Below, in pieces: positions 27,437 to 37,445 of a stretch of 64,000 bases of DNA. The stretch comes from a virus. The stretch's first letter is position 1. Each line of letters opens with the position of its first letter. Below the pieces are notes generated by a model. It saw only the letters and a program-made list of their open reading frames with translations, did no database searches and was not told the DNA's origin. The translations under genes were made by a program, and so were the position numbers. The stretch lies in the IMG/VR virus record IMGVR_UViG_3300038415_000014, positions 96,001-160,000 of that record, one strand, 5' to 3'.

Positions 27437-29242
27437 TTAGAACCTAGACTCAGGTTCCTGAGGTGCTTCAGTCTTCTTCAGGTGAAGGTAATCAGCAATC
27501 TTCTTTGATACGTCAGTTTCTTCTACCAGTTTACGACCTACCTCACCGTAGATGCCTCTCATCACCTCATTGAACGTTGCATCGTTCACGGTGAACATGT
27601 CCCTCTCAAGCTTTTCCTTGGTATCCATTGGATCAATATTGAAAAGCTCAAGGATCACATCAATACTGATGCTCCCCTTCTGATAGAGATTGAACAGAGC
27701 ATCAAAGGTATCCTGCGAATCACGGAGAGCCAATCGAGTGAAGCTGAGACGTGGGTATAAGACAACCTCGTTGCCCCATTCATCCTCTTCAACGAAACCC
27801 TTTCTACGGGCGACTGGTTTGAATAGGTACTTCTCAACATATTCCTGAATCATCTCTCTGAAGAGCAAGTACCTAGTGTTGAGAACTTCGAGTTTTACAC
27901 GGTCACCAGAGAACGTTGACTCACCATTGAGTAGTGACTCTGTCACCCCAAGACCAGCAAACATTTGCTTGTCTGTGATCTCGTATTCGGTAGACAAGTC
28001 CAAAAGACGGTCACGCGCTCCGATATCCTCCCAGTGGACCTCGTAGTTCGTGATGATGCTGTAGTCAGGATCAACCAGAGACAAGTCAACTTGCTCACGT
28101 AGGTCCTCGACGTCCAACTCAGACAACCCCTCACCCCAGATGAGGCGCTTGGGGGTCATTGCACGGGTAGCAATAAGAGTCTGGGCCTGACGGAGCTTCT
28201 CTCTATAGTAGAGGGTCCGGAGACACCTATCGAGGATGCTGGCGCCCAAGTCCTCCCCAGCACCCCTTCGAGCTGCTAGGTGGTAACAGAATGAACCCTC
28301 ATCAGGGTCAGTACCTAAGGGGATCAACTTGCCGGATTCGATGTATTCACGTACCTCGGCCGGTATCTCTTCGACCATCTCCTGGGCGCGCTCATCACCG
28401 GCCTTGGCCTGAGTGAATAGAACCTTGTCCCGGTCACTAGGGATCAACTCGATTCGAGTCTTGTCCGTGAACGAGAAAGTTGTAAGCTTTACCTGGTCAA
28501 CGGGGAGGATGACCAGCTTGGACCACCCCTTGTAGTGCTTCTGGTAGTAAGCCAGGTCGCGCTCTTCATGGTCATCATAGGGCGAGACAACCTCTTCATC
28601 GGTTTCCGTACCTGAGCCGTCCTCATTAAGGACAGCCTTCGGGCGCCTCTCAACTCGGTTCCCGATATCGACCGGGATGTCAACGGATGAATCCTCAGCG
28701 AACAAGAACACGTTACCATCCAGCCAATAGTGGTGAACAGCCGTGATTAGTCGCTTGAAAAGATCAACCTTGTCACACATCCGCTCGAAGTAATCGAGGA
28801 TGTATTTTCCGTAGTTGTCCGCGCTCTTGAAACCCTGCGGACAAGTCCGAGGACGGGGGGTTGCCAACCTGACCTTTGATAGCGGCAACTCAGTGTGAAT
28901 GTCGATAGCTTGACCAACAAGTGGATCTGAGTTGTAAAAGTGGCGGTAAATCTCCCTCTTCTCTCGGAGGGACTGGGGTAGCTCAAGAAAGTCAGTGGAT
29001 AGCTGAGGAGAGAAGAACGAGCTTACTCCAGAGAGAGCAGTATTGGTTCCGGCGCCCGTGGGTACTGGGCCTCCATAGTTGCCCATCCCGCTCATATTCG
29101 AGGTACGAATACGCCGAGCTAGACGTTCCTTCTCGGTCAAGTTGGTGAACTTACCCTTTGCGGCGTAGGGGGCATACTGCCTACTGGTAGAGCTCCACGG
29201 AGGGGTGAACCCGCTCGGAGGAACATTGGTAAATCTAGCCAT
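27437..29242 (-). CDS. Portal protein
   Basis: 601 aa; YRHFYNSDPLVGQAIDIHTELPL and helical C-terminal half; near terminase and protease. Confidence 0.72.
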   Translation of the reverse strand: MARFTNVPPSGFTPPWSSTSRQYAPYAAKGKFTNLTEKERLARRIRTSNMSGMGNYGGPVPTGAGTNTALSGVSSFFSPQLSTDFLELPQSLREKREIYRHFYNSDPLVGQAIDIHTELPLSKVRLATPRPRTCPQGFKSADNYGKYILDYFERMCDKVDLFKRLITAVHHYWLDGNVFLFAEDSSVDIPVDIGNRVERRPKAVLNEDGSGTETDEEVVSPYDDHEERDLAYYQKHYKGWSKLVILPVDQVKLTTFSFTDKTRIELIPSDRDKVLFTQAKAGDERAQEMVEEIPAEVREYIESGKLIPLGTDPDEGSFCYHLAARRGAGEDLGASILDRCLRTLYYREKLRQAQTLIATRAMTPKRLIWGEGLSELDVEDLREQVDLSLVDPDYSIITNYEVHWEDIGARDRLLDLSTEYEITDKQMFAGLGVTESLLNGESTFSGDRVKLEVLNTRYLLFREMIQEYVEKYLFKPVARRKGFVEEDEWGNEVVLYPRLSFTRLALRDSQDTFDALFNLYQKGSISIDVILELFNIDPMDTKEKLERDMFTVNDATFNEVMRGIYGEVGRKLVEETDVSKKIADYLHLKKTEAPQEPESRF

Positions 29243-29736
29243 TAGGGTAACTCCTCGCCATACAAGTCATCAATATCCGAAGTCGTTGTCTCCACTAGGC
29301 CCTGACTCACTAGGTCAACTTCCTCACTAGACATTGGTGGTATCCCATAAAGGGCTTCCAAAGGGTCTTTTCTGGCTTCGTGGGCTTTCTGCTTATCAGC
29401 CTCAACTCTAGCCAAACGTTGACTTTCTAACTGCCTTTGTCGGTTCCTATCCTCTGCATCACGAGAGACCACTGTCAGGATTCTATTTTCAACCCCAGCA
29501 GTTCGACGAGCAGCCTGGAATACCATCCCGGAGAAGCGCTTTCCTGAGTTGGCAATCGAGATGTACGAATAAGACGACTCATCCGCCATCCGCCTAGCCT
29601 TAGCGTAAAGGGTGGCATAGACCTCATTCAACTGTGCAGAATGATCCACCATCAGGTCACGAATACTGACAGCCTCTTCGCAAAGCTCTTCGATGCTCAT
29701 CTGAGCTGCTGGTTTTGAGGGCTGGTTAGAGGGCAT
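29242..29736 (-). CDS. Hypothetical helical protein
   Basis: 164-aa ORF; its stop overlaps the portal start (TAATG). Confidence 0.5.
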   Translation of the reverse strand: MPSNQPSKPAAQMSIEELCEEAVSIRDLMVDHSAQLNEVYATLYAKARRMADESSYSYISIANSGKRFSGMVFQAARRTAGVENRILTVVSRDAEDRNRQRQLESQRLARVEADKQKAHEARKDPLEALYGIPPMSSEEVDLVSQGLVETTTSDIDDLYGEELP

Positions 29737-29739
29737 GGT

Positions 29740-30258
29740 CTAGATTGACGTTTGAAGACCTAAGTAATAACTGTTCAATACCTTGGGGATCTGAGCTACA
29801 AAGCCAACGAAGAAACCTGGTGCTAAAGGGTCATGAGTAATGGTCAATTCGTCTTCGTTAGTGAAGAAACCTCTCTTCGAGAAGTAAACAAGATCACCGC
29901 AGTGGTAAACTATAGGGACTAGAGGTCCTCCACCAGTACGTGACGCATAAGTATATTGTTCATAGGTGCTAGTGGACATGAGAGCCCTACCGCTCATCAT
30001 AACCCCGTACTTGTAAGTCGTAGGTTGGTTAGTCATGGAAGTATACTGATCTGCAGACTCATCACTCCCCCAAAGCATGAATCCGCCGTACAATCCAGTT
30101 GAGAACGTTACGACGTTGTACTGAAGCGATGAGGATACCCATTGAACCCCTTGTCCTCCAGGCCATCCCAGGTCCACCATAGCCTGGTCCACGATAACAG
30201 TCTGTCGATCCCCAGCTATGAAGATGACGACGTCACGATTCCTAACGATCTCAGTCAT
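29740..30258 (-). CDS. Tandem paralog 3, decoration-like
   Basis: Shares GW.GGQGV.W, GF.LWGS.ES.DQ.T, PLVP..Y and S.RG..T motifs with the two upstream genes. Confidence 0.65.
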   Translation of the reverse strand: MTEIVRNRDVVIFIAGDRQTVIVDQAMVDLGWPGGQGVQWVSSSLQYNVVTFSTGLYGGFMLWGSDESADQYTSMTNQPTTYKYGVMMSGRALMSTSTYEQYTYASRTGGGPLVPIVYHCGDLVYFSKRGFFTNEDELTITHDPLAPGFFVGFVAQIPKVLNSYYLGLQTSI

Positions 30259-30264
30259 AGGTGC

Positions 30265-30792
30265 TCAGATTGAGGTTTGGAGGACTATGTAGTTGTTATT
30301 CTCAGAAGAGGGGGTCTGAACAATATTCCCAATATAATAAGTGTTCGGAGCCCTTGGGTCCCCAGAAGGAGTCCATTCATCTTCTGTAGTAAAAAGACCT
30401 CTAAGGGAAAAGAGAACCCTAGCCCCTACTGGATAGACCAAGGGTACCAATGGCCCTACTTGGCGTGATTCCCAAGTGTATACCTCGAAGGTCCTTGTGG
30501 CGATCAACCAACTACCTCCGCAAAATACTGCATTCCCATAGGCCTGTTGATTGCCAGTTATTGCAGTGAATTGGTCAGAAGACTCATTACTCCCCCAAAG
30601 GAGAAAACCACCGTAGGTACCATCTGAATAGTCAACAAGAAACTCATCAATATCCGAATCTATCCAGCGTACGCCTTGCCCGCCTTGCCAACCCTTATTG
30701 ATCATGTTCTGAGAGATCGAAGTTGGATAGGCATCTCCCTTCTCTAAGACATAGACGTCTCTATCACGTGGGAATTCAAGGGTAAATGTCAT
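30265..30792 (-). CDS. Tandem paralog 2, decoration-like
   Basis: Same motif set. Confidence 0.65.
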   Translation of the reverse strand: MTFTLEFPRDRDVYVLEKGDAYPTSISQNMINKGWQGGQGVRWIDSDIDEFLVDYSDGTYGGFLLWGSNESSDQFTAITGNQQAYGNAVFCGGSWLIATRTFEVYTWESRQVGPLVPLVYPVGARVLFSLRGLFTTEDEWTPSGDPRAPNTYYIGNIVQTPSSENNNYIVLQTSI

Positions 30793-31325
30793 ATACTCAC
30801 CTGGATCCCCATGTAATACTCAGTAGTTGCAGTTGGAACCTGAGATACATACCCAAGGTAGTATGTGTTCAACCCTCTGGCAATGAGCGCTGGATCTCCA
30901 GAGTCAACCCACTCGGTAATCTCTTTGGTCCAGTAACCCCTGGTTGAGAACACTAATCTGTCACTCGCGTTGTAGACAAGAGGTACGAGTGGCCCTCCAG
31001 ACTTCCTAGAGAGGTAGGTGTATTGCTCGTAGGTCCTAGTCAGGATCATCCACCCACCACAACCAACCGTAGCGAACTTGTAGTAGGGCTGGTTCTCAGT
31101 CATCGCAGTGAATTGGTCTGCTGACTCATTACTCCCCCACAACATGAATCCAGCATAGTAACCGTCTGATGTAGTTACCAGGAACTCATCCGTAGTAGAG
31201 GGTGTCCACATAACCCCCTGACCCCCAACCCATCCGGTAAGAACCAAGGACTCAGAAACTGTAACTGGAAACGCTGAACCCTTCTTCTGGATGATACAGT
31301 CTCGGTCATAGAGCACTTGGGTCAT
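30789..31325 (-). CDS. Tandem paralog 1, decoration-like
   Basis: Same motif set. Confidence 0.65.
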   Translation of the reverse strand: MTQVLYDRDCIIQKKGSAFPVTVSESLVLTGWVGGQGVMWTPSTTDEFLVTTSDGYYAGFMLWGSNESADQFTAMTENQPYYKFATVGCGGWMILTRTYEQYTYLSRKSGGPLVPLVYNASDRLVFSTRGYWTKEITEWVDSGDPALIARGLNTYYLGYVSQVPTATTEYYMGIQVSI

Positions 31326-32374
31326 TAGAGGGTCTCCTGCTTCTTCTTACGCCCAGGTAGCTGAGCCCAAGCAGAGACGATGTCCTCAAGCAGCTGGTTC
31401 TGTTTGATGTCACCGTTCATAAATCCCTCCCAAGAACCACCCTTTTGCCTAAACACCAAACGGATTGACTCGAAGTCTAGGTCCTCTGTAACGAAATCCT
31501 CACCTAACAAGTGGTCCACTAACTGTCGGATGATTCGATGAGAGAAAATCAGAGGTGGATTTACCTCAGGGTCTAACCCAGCCGCCTTCTCATTGAACTT
31601 CTCGATTACAGTACCATCCTTCAAGTAGGCATCCTCAAGAGCTGGAACCAAGTATTGGCTCCTCAGCGTGGAAGCTTCGTGGCCCACAGCTTCAGCAGCT
31701 CCCTCAAGCGCCTTCTTGAACTCAGACTTCAGAATCTTGTCTTTCCCAGATCTGTCGCTAGGAAGCTTGGGACCCTTGGATCTGATAGCCCGAAGCCTCT
31801 CTTGCATCTCCCGATTAGCGTGTAGCCCTCGAAGGTCCTTCGCTGTAATATTGAATGAGCTCAAGTACTCATTGACTTCCTTTGAGCCAACGCCTTCGAA
31901 GAGCCCTCCAGTATCCTTCTCGACAGAGTCATAGGCAGCTTTGAGGGCGGGTAGGATCTTGGCATCGTCAACTACCTTCTCATGCTTGACACCGGACTTG
32001 CCCGTGTACTTGATGGTAGCCCTTCCCTTACCCAGCGACACATGCTGCTTCTGCCAACCTGTGACCCCGAAGTGTCCACGTTCTTCGGCTGAGTCGTCGT
32101 TGCCAACCCTCTCGTAAGTGTGATCAATCAAGGCTACCACAAGAGCGGTCAACTTGGTCTTAGTGTCCTTGGACTTAAGATCCTTCTCGACTTTACTGCG
32201 CAGTTTCCCAAGAGAGGTCCTGAACTTCTCGATTCGATCCGCCTTTTCGTTGTTGCGACGAGCCACCTGACGAGGACTATAGACATATACCGTGTTCCCG
32301 CTCTCCAACTTCTTCTTTTCCTGGTATCTAGCGGCGATACGAAGTGACATCTCATCGAGGATCGCGTGTTTCAA
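31325..32374 (-). CDS. DNA topoisomerase IB (bacterial/poxvirus-type catalytic domain)
   Basis: Catalytic pentad: ERVGN (R), YTGKSG (K), KDLRGLHAN (R), AVGH (H), LRSQY (Y). Confidence 0.85.
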   Translation of the reverse strand: MKHAILDEMSLRIAARYQEKKKLESGNTVYVYSPRQVARRNNEKADRIEKFRTSLGKLRSKVEKDLKSKDTKTKLTALVVALIDHTYERVGNDDSAEERGHFGVTGWQKQHVSLGKGRATIKYTGKSGVKHEKVVDDAKILPALKAAYDSVEKDTGGLFEGVGSKEVNEYLSSFNITAKDLRGLHANREMQERLRAIRSKGPKLPSDRSGKDKILKSEFKKALEGAAEAVGHEASTLRSQYLVPALEDAYLKDGTVIEKFNEKAAGLDPEVNPPLIFSHRIIRQLVDHLLGEDFVTEDLDFESIRLVFRQKGGSWEGFMNGDIKQNQLLEDIVSAWAQLPGRKKKQETL

Positions 32375-34365
32375 GGTACCCTCCTAGACATAGATCTTGG
32401 AACCATGCGGTCCAAAACGACCCCATGCTTACGCATACGCGCCATTCTGTAGTTATGAGGGGTGGTCTCCCTTTGAAGTGGGCTACGGTCGTTGTCGAGG
32501 CTATTCTTGGATACCAACTTGATGTTAGCTATCCTCGACAGGGTCAACCATGCAGCTCTAACGAAGGCATCTGATACATCATCGTGGAACCCCTTGACCT
32601 TCGGGGCCTCAACGAGGATCTGATTCTTTGCTCGTTGGGTTGCTTGGAGCGCCAGCACCTCATTAATGAAGGGTGAGTGCTTGCCACCCTCAGCCGACGT
32701 GGGTATCGGGTAGTCGTACAGATCAAGCTTTCTATCGAACATTAAGAGCTTGACCGCTTGGAACATGCGGCTTTTCTCGTCTTGAGTGAAGAACTCACTC
32801 CTAAATTGCTTCAACCCTTTCTTGTGGAGGGACTGCTCTAAGGGCAATCCATTCCATCGGTCAAATAGACCCTCAGTGATATAGAACTTCTTGCAGAGTG
32901 CGTAGATCCAATCCGCAATCATGTCGAAGTCCAATCGCTCAACGGTCTCAAGAACCTTCGCGTAGTCAATAAACGGATTGACTAAGTGCGGATTGGACTC
33001 CTTCCACGGGATACCTGCATACCAAGACTCATGGTAGTCTTGAACAATCCGGTCACCCTCAGCATGCGTGATGAAGACGGAAGTACCGTCACCAATGAGG
33101 CCAACGTCGATCCCCATCTGATGTGGGCTCCTAGGGCGGCCAGCAAAGATTGGTCTGCGCGCGGGTTGGATACAAGCCAAGAGGTCTTCCTCTCGCTCAA
33201 CCCAACCACGTACACGATCCGAGAATTGAGCCCCATACTCCGTCATGAAGACAGTTGGGTCCTCGTGGAACTTCTCCCTCAAGAAAGTGGGCTCTACGTC
33301 CTTGTAGACTTCCCAGGTCGGAGCTTGAATCGCGAGCATGTTCTCGGAGCCTTCAGCCTTTGACATGGCGAAGTAGAACAATTCGTAGAACTTGCCTCCT
33401 CGATTCAAGGGTGACGAGATTGAGATGATTCGACTCTCGACAGGCCCAACAGGGTCATTTGTATCTGGGTTTTTCGGGGAGAAGGCCAAGGCTGACGGAG
33501 TGATGGCGTCATATATGTCCTTGGCTGAACTGACACCCTTGTCCTGAAAGTGAGCCAACTCGTCCAAGATGATGACGATGTTACCCGAGCCACGAAGGCC
33601 TTTGGACACAGACGCTTTGAAAGTGACCCTCAGCGAGGCCTTACCATTAAAGGAGGTGAACTTTCCGTTCTCATGCCTGACCGTGGGTCCAAACCTTTCG
33701 ATGTCGTAGGGGGTTCGAAACTGGACATAACTAAGTGTGTTGTTCGCGATATATGGCTGAAAGAACTCACACTTTGACATGTGAGAAGTCACATCACTGA
33801 AGAGGAGTCCCGCTTGGTCCTTGTCGGTAGCAACCGAGATGATCTGAATCCTATTACCATTCGGGAGCCCGTAGTACTCTTGGGGGTTGCCCAGAGAGAT
33901 CAGACGGTAGAGCTCGTAGCTGGCAAAGATAGCCGATAGAGTAGTCTTGCCCGAACGACGCCCGATAGCTAGGATCAACTGCCTTCGAACATGATCCTGC
34001 TCACCAATGTTACAACGTCCCTCACTGAAGAGGTAGTGCAAGTACTCAACCTCAGTGAATCGATAGAGGACCTTCGTCTTGAACATGTCATGGATGACAA
34101 TGGTCTTCTCAGTATCATCCAGAGGGATGTGGTAGTACATCTTGACGATGAACCGCTGTACTGGGTACAGCTTCATCCCGAGACCCCAAGAGGACTCTGC
34201 ATACTGCAAGACGTTGAAGATCTTGACCCGACGCCCATCAGTAGCGGTCTCACAAAGAGTCCCGTCTAGGGCTTGATTGGTGTTTTCTAGGATGCTCTTA
34301 GCCTGGTGTCCGGCGCTACGGATCAGGTGTGAGATACCTAAAGATTTGGTATCCTTGGTAGCCAC
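32371..34365 (-). CDS. terL: Terminase large subunit
   Basis: IGRRSGKTT Walker A, IIILDELAHF-type Walker B, MGIDVG and HDDVSD nuclease motifs. Confidence 0.9.
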   Translation of the reverse strand: MATKDTKSLGISHLIRSAGHQAKSILENTNQALDGTLCETATDGRRVKIFNVLQYAESSWGLGMKLYPVQRFIVKMYYHIPLDDTEKTIVIHDMFKTKVLYRFTEVEYLHYLFSEGRCNIGEQDHVRRQLILAIGRRSGKTTLSAIFASYELYRLISLGNPQEYYGLPNGNRIQIISVATDKDQAGLLFSDVTSHMSKCEFFQPYIANNTLSYVQFRTPYDIERFGPTVRHENGKFTSFNGKASLRVTFKASVSKGLRGSGNIVIILDELAHFQDKGVSSAKDIYDAITPSALAFSPKNPDTNDPVGPVESRIISISSPLNRGGKFYELFYFAMSKAEGSENMLAIQAPTWEVYKDVEPTFLREKFHEDPTVFMTEYGAQFSDRVRGWVEREEDLLACIQPARRPIFAGRPRSPHQMGIDVGLIGDGTSVFITHAEGDRIVQDYHESWYAGIPWKESNPHLVNPFIDYAKVLETVERLDFDMIADWIYALCKKFYITEGLFDRWNGLPLEQSLHKKGLKQFRSEFFTQDEKSRMFQAVKLLMFDRKLDLYDYPIPTSAEGGKHSPFINEVLALQATQRAKNQILVEAPKVKGFHDDVSDAFVRAAWLTLSRIANIKLVSKNSLDNDRSPLQRETTPHNYRMARMRKHGVVLDRMVPRSMSRRVP

Positions 34366-34368
34366 AAT

Positions 34369-34986
34369 TTACCTCAAACTGTTCTGAGCACTCTCTTCCC
34401 AGTCCTGCATCTCGGTAGCAAACCGATTGAAGAACATGGTCAGGATCTCTGAGGGTAATACTTCTAGGGCTACCTCACGCATTTTCTCTACCCACATCGA
34501 GAAGAGCTTCTGCATCTTTTCGCTGTGGAGGTTGATTGAGTCTTGATCCACCTGTCGAAGTTTGAGTTCAATCTTGGCAATTTCTTCTAGGGCCTTGACC
34601 CTCTTAGTAGAGATCGCTGATGTATCCTTACCGTACTTCTCGGTTTCAATTCTCTGGAATTGAAGGGATGCTGCCTCGCGAGCTACTTCTAGTTTAATCC
34701 GATGTAGCAACGCCATCGTGTCATTGGGGTTGCTTCCTATAAGGCCAACAAGCGGATCAGTATCAATGAACTTCTGTCTTTCGACAGACATCTTGGCGTG
34801 GTATTCAAGATCCAAACGCCCTGGACGTTTTTCAATCTTCTTGGGCCTACCTGGCCCCCTCTTAACGATCCCAGTCTCCTCTTCGAACGGACCCACATCA
34901 TGCAACGGAAGGATAGAAGTAGCAGCTTCTAGTATCTCCTCGTGCGAAAGGTTCTCTACATTCAGGTCTAGTTCTTCATCTGGCAT
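34369..34986 (-). CDS. Probable terminase small subunit
   Basis: Directly upstream of TerL; helical; AT-hook-like KRGPGRPKK. Confidence 0.45.
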   Translation of the reverse strand: MPDEELDLNVENLSHEEILEAATSILPLHDVGPFEEETGIVKRGPGRPKKIEKRPGRLDLEYHAKMSVERQKFIDTDPLVGLIGSNPNDTMALLHRIKLEVAREAASLQFQRIETEKYGKDTSAISTKRVKALEEIAKIELKLRQVDQDSINLHSEKMQKLFSMWVEKMREVALEVLPSEILTMFFNRFATEMQDWEESAQNSLR

Positions 34987-34999
34987 AGAAGTACCCTAT

Positions 35000-35407
35000 T
35001 TATTGGACCGACTTGGCCCCGCCGCCGCCATCAGTTCTAACGAGGTATTGGGACAGGTTGTGAACAACATCGTATCCCTTATCCTTTGGGACCTGAGTTC
35101 GTATGGCCTTACTCATATCCTTCCCGGTCTCAGCTACGTTCAAAACCCCAATCTGGTCTGGCTTGGGGTGAAAGACATCCTCTGGTCGAATGTCCTTACG
35201 TTGAGGCTTGACCGTATCATCACTACCTGGGTCCATTGCCTCCCCGTGCTCACGAGCGAGCTGCCGGTCAATACCCTTGAGACGGTTGACAGGTTCAGTC
35301 ATCTCTTTGACATCTCTGCGCATACCAGGGGCTTGGTCAGCTCGAATAAAACGAGCAGCCACCCGTAGGGTCAGGGTATCAATGGTGGTTTGGTCTTGGC
35401 TGGTCAT
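35000..35407 (-). CDS. Hypothetical, probable head protein
   Basis: N-terminal LRVAARFIRA motif. Confidence 0.45.
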   Translation of the reverse strand: MTSQDQTTIDTLTLRVAARFIRADQAPGMRRDVKEMTEPVNRLKGIDRQLAREHGEAMDPGSDDTVKPQRKDIRPEDVFHPKPDQIGVLNVAETGKDMSKAIRTQVPKDKGYDVVHNLSQYLVRTDGGGGAKSVQ

Positions 35408-37434
35408 AGGTCAATAGTAGCCCCACCCAACTCCACAGAAATCGTTGCCGACTTCTCAGGAAGTGGGTTCAAATTGATCTTCATCCCAGACTTGAGTTGC
35501 ACCAGGTCTGCAACTGACGATGGGTTGCTGATCATGAGGCTCCCCAATGAGATCTCATCAGCTGGGCCAGAAGCAAGGATCTCCCTCTGTTGAGCTGCCT
35601 TGTCCGTGTAGGGCGGATCAATCACAAGGTGCTTAGCATACTTCGAGCAGAACCCTGGATGGGGCTGTAGGACGCAAGTAGCACACTTGGACCCTTGCTT
35701 TATGTAGGGAACCTGTCGAGCACGATGAAGTCTTGCCCCTTCATCACAACCCTTGGCATAGTCGTTGTATATTGTTGGGTCAACATAGTAGATACCTTGC
35801 AGACCTTGCTCAGCCATGGCCGTCTTGAGCTCCTCTTGGGAAGCCAAGATATCCCGAGCATCAAATCGAACCTGCAGGGCTTGAAGTAACCGAGACCCGT
35901 ACAAACCCTCATTCAAGTAACGAGAAGCTGTCTTAACTACCTCACGCTTGGTCAAGCCCGAGGTAGTGTATCCGGTGACTTCACCGCGGAATGCTTGCTC
36001 AACATAAGCACGCATCGGGATGTGAGCCTGAGGGTTCGAGATTGAGGCGGTTCGGTAGATTGCCTTGAGTGACTCAGCCGGGGTCGTACCCCAAGCAAAG
36101 GATTCAGCACCTGATCCCAAGCGGCCTGCTTGCTTGTTGTCCCACAATGACTGCTTGACAGTCTCTTCTGTGTATAGGTCCTCTGCTTTGGCCACAAGTG
36201 GCTTGCCGTAGACCAAACAACGGCTCAACTTGCTGTAAATGCAAGTTGCACACTTCTGACTAGCGACAATACCTTTGATCTGGTGGTTGTGCTTGGCAAT
36301 GAAGTCGGCTCCCTCGTGACAATTGTCAAACGATTCCTGGGTTGAGAACACAGTACCATACAACCCGGCTTCCTTGTAGAGGGGCTCCCAAGAGTTACGA
36401 GTCGCGCGCAGCTCATCCAATGAGAATGATAGCCTCAGGGCGTGAAGCAGTTCCTTCTCGCTACGACCCTTGAGCATCTCACGCTGGAGGAACGAGCAAA
36501 CATCAAACGCCTTTTTGCTAGAGGCGTCCTTGGACATTGAGGCAACCTTGCCGGAGGTCGGTGGGACCCAGGCAAGTTGTTCAGCCAAGTTCTGTTGAGC
36601 TTGAGTAGCAAGAACCGGTAAGTGGACCTTGGTTGGATCCACAGTGGCCTTGAGTTGATGCACTGGGTTTACGACAGGCTTGGGTGTCTCGACATGACTA
36701 GTTACCTGCACGTTCCTAGCTAGATAGGCCGCCTTGATCCTCTCACGCGGGTCTTGAATCGAGGCCTGGACCGCTTGTTTCCCACAAGCGCACTGACTTC
36801 GTTCTACAGCACCAGCTAGTTCAGGCGAGTACGGAACCTCAAGTACTAGTTCCTTGTGAAATACTGAGCAAGTGGCCTTCGCATTGTGAACACAGTCAAC
36901 ACATTGGTCCTTGGCCAGAAGAAACCGTGCACTACCGGCGTTCTTCTTTACAAACTCGACCTCACTCCTACTGGCTTTCTTGGAACAGCTAGGGAAGTCG
37001 TTGGCATCAATGTAGTAGCGACCTAAAAGTCCACGTTCTTGTACTATGCTGGTAATCAATGGTCGAGCTGCTTGAAGGGTCCACGGATCAAATCGAGTCT
37101 TCAGGGCGTCAACAAACTTACCAGAGTCAGTTGATTGCATGAGAGCCAATCGAGCTACCTTGGCTACTCGCTGAAGAATCTCGTCAGAAGCCAACTTACC
37201 GTGGACTTCACTCAGATCCCCCATCGTCCTTGGTACATCCTTGTTGGGTATCAAGTAAGTCGACGGAGCTTGATCCTTGTGATCCCAAGCAGCTTCCAAG
37301 TCAGGAGCAAAGTCTAGGTTCTGCTTCGGGAGGTCAGCCAACTCTCGATAGGCCTTGTCATCCACGTCGAGCCAATCAAGATTGTTGACTGCGCATTCCT
37401 TGAGAAAACCAGTGAGATCGCCTAAATCAGCCAT
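35404..37434 (-). CDS. Protein with three repeats of a helical plus 4-Cys domain
   Basis: Three GL.G..[YF]...C-x20-27-CxxC-x7-8-C units. Confidence 0.6.
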   Translation of the reverse strand: MADLGDLTGFLKECAVNNLDWLDVDDKAYRELADLPKQNLDFAPDLEAAWDHKDQAPSTYLIPNKDVPRTMGDLSEVHGKLASDEILQRVAKVARLALMQSTDSGKFVDALKTRFDPWTLQAARPLITSIVQERGLLGRYYIDANDFPSCSKKASRSEVEFVKKNAGSARFLLAKDQCVDCVHNAKATCSVFHKELVLEVPYSPELAGAVERSQCACGKQAVQASIQDPRERIKAAYLARNVQVTSHVETPKPVVNPVHQLKATVDPTKVHLPVLATQAQQNLAEQLAWVPPTSGKVASMSKDASSKKAFDVCSFLQREMLKGRSEKELLHALRLSFSLDELRATRNSWEPLYKEAGLYGTVFSTQESFDNCHEGADFIAKHNHQIKGIVASQKCATCIYSKLSRCLVYGKPLVAKAEDLYTEETVKQSLWDNKQAGRLGSGAESFAWGTTPAESLKAIYRTASISNPQAHIPMRAYVEQAFRGEVTGYTTSGLTKREVVKTASRYLNEGLYGSRLLQALQVRFDARDILASQEELKTAMAEQGLQGIYYVDPTIYNDYAKGCDEGARLHRARQVPYIKQGSKCATCVLQPHPGFCSKYAKHLVIDPPYTDKAAQQREILASGPADEISLGSLMISNPSSVADLVQLKSGMKINLNPLPEKSATISVELGGATIDL

Positions 37435-37445
37435 TTCGATATCCT

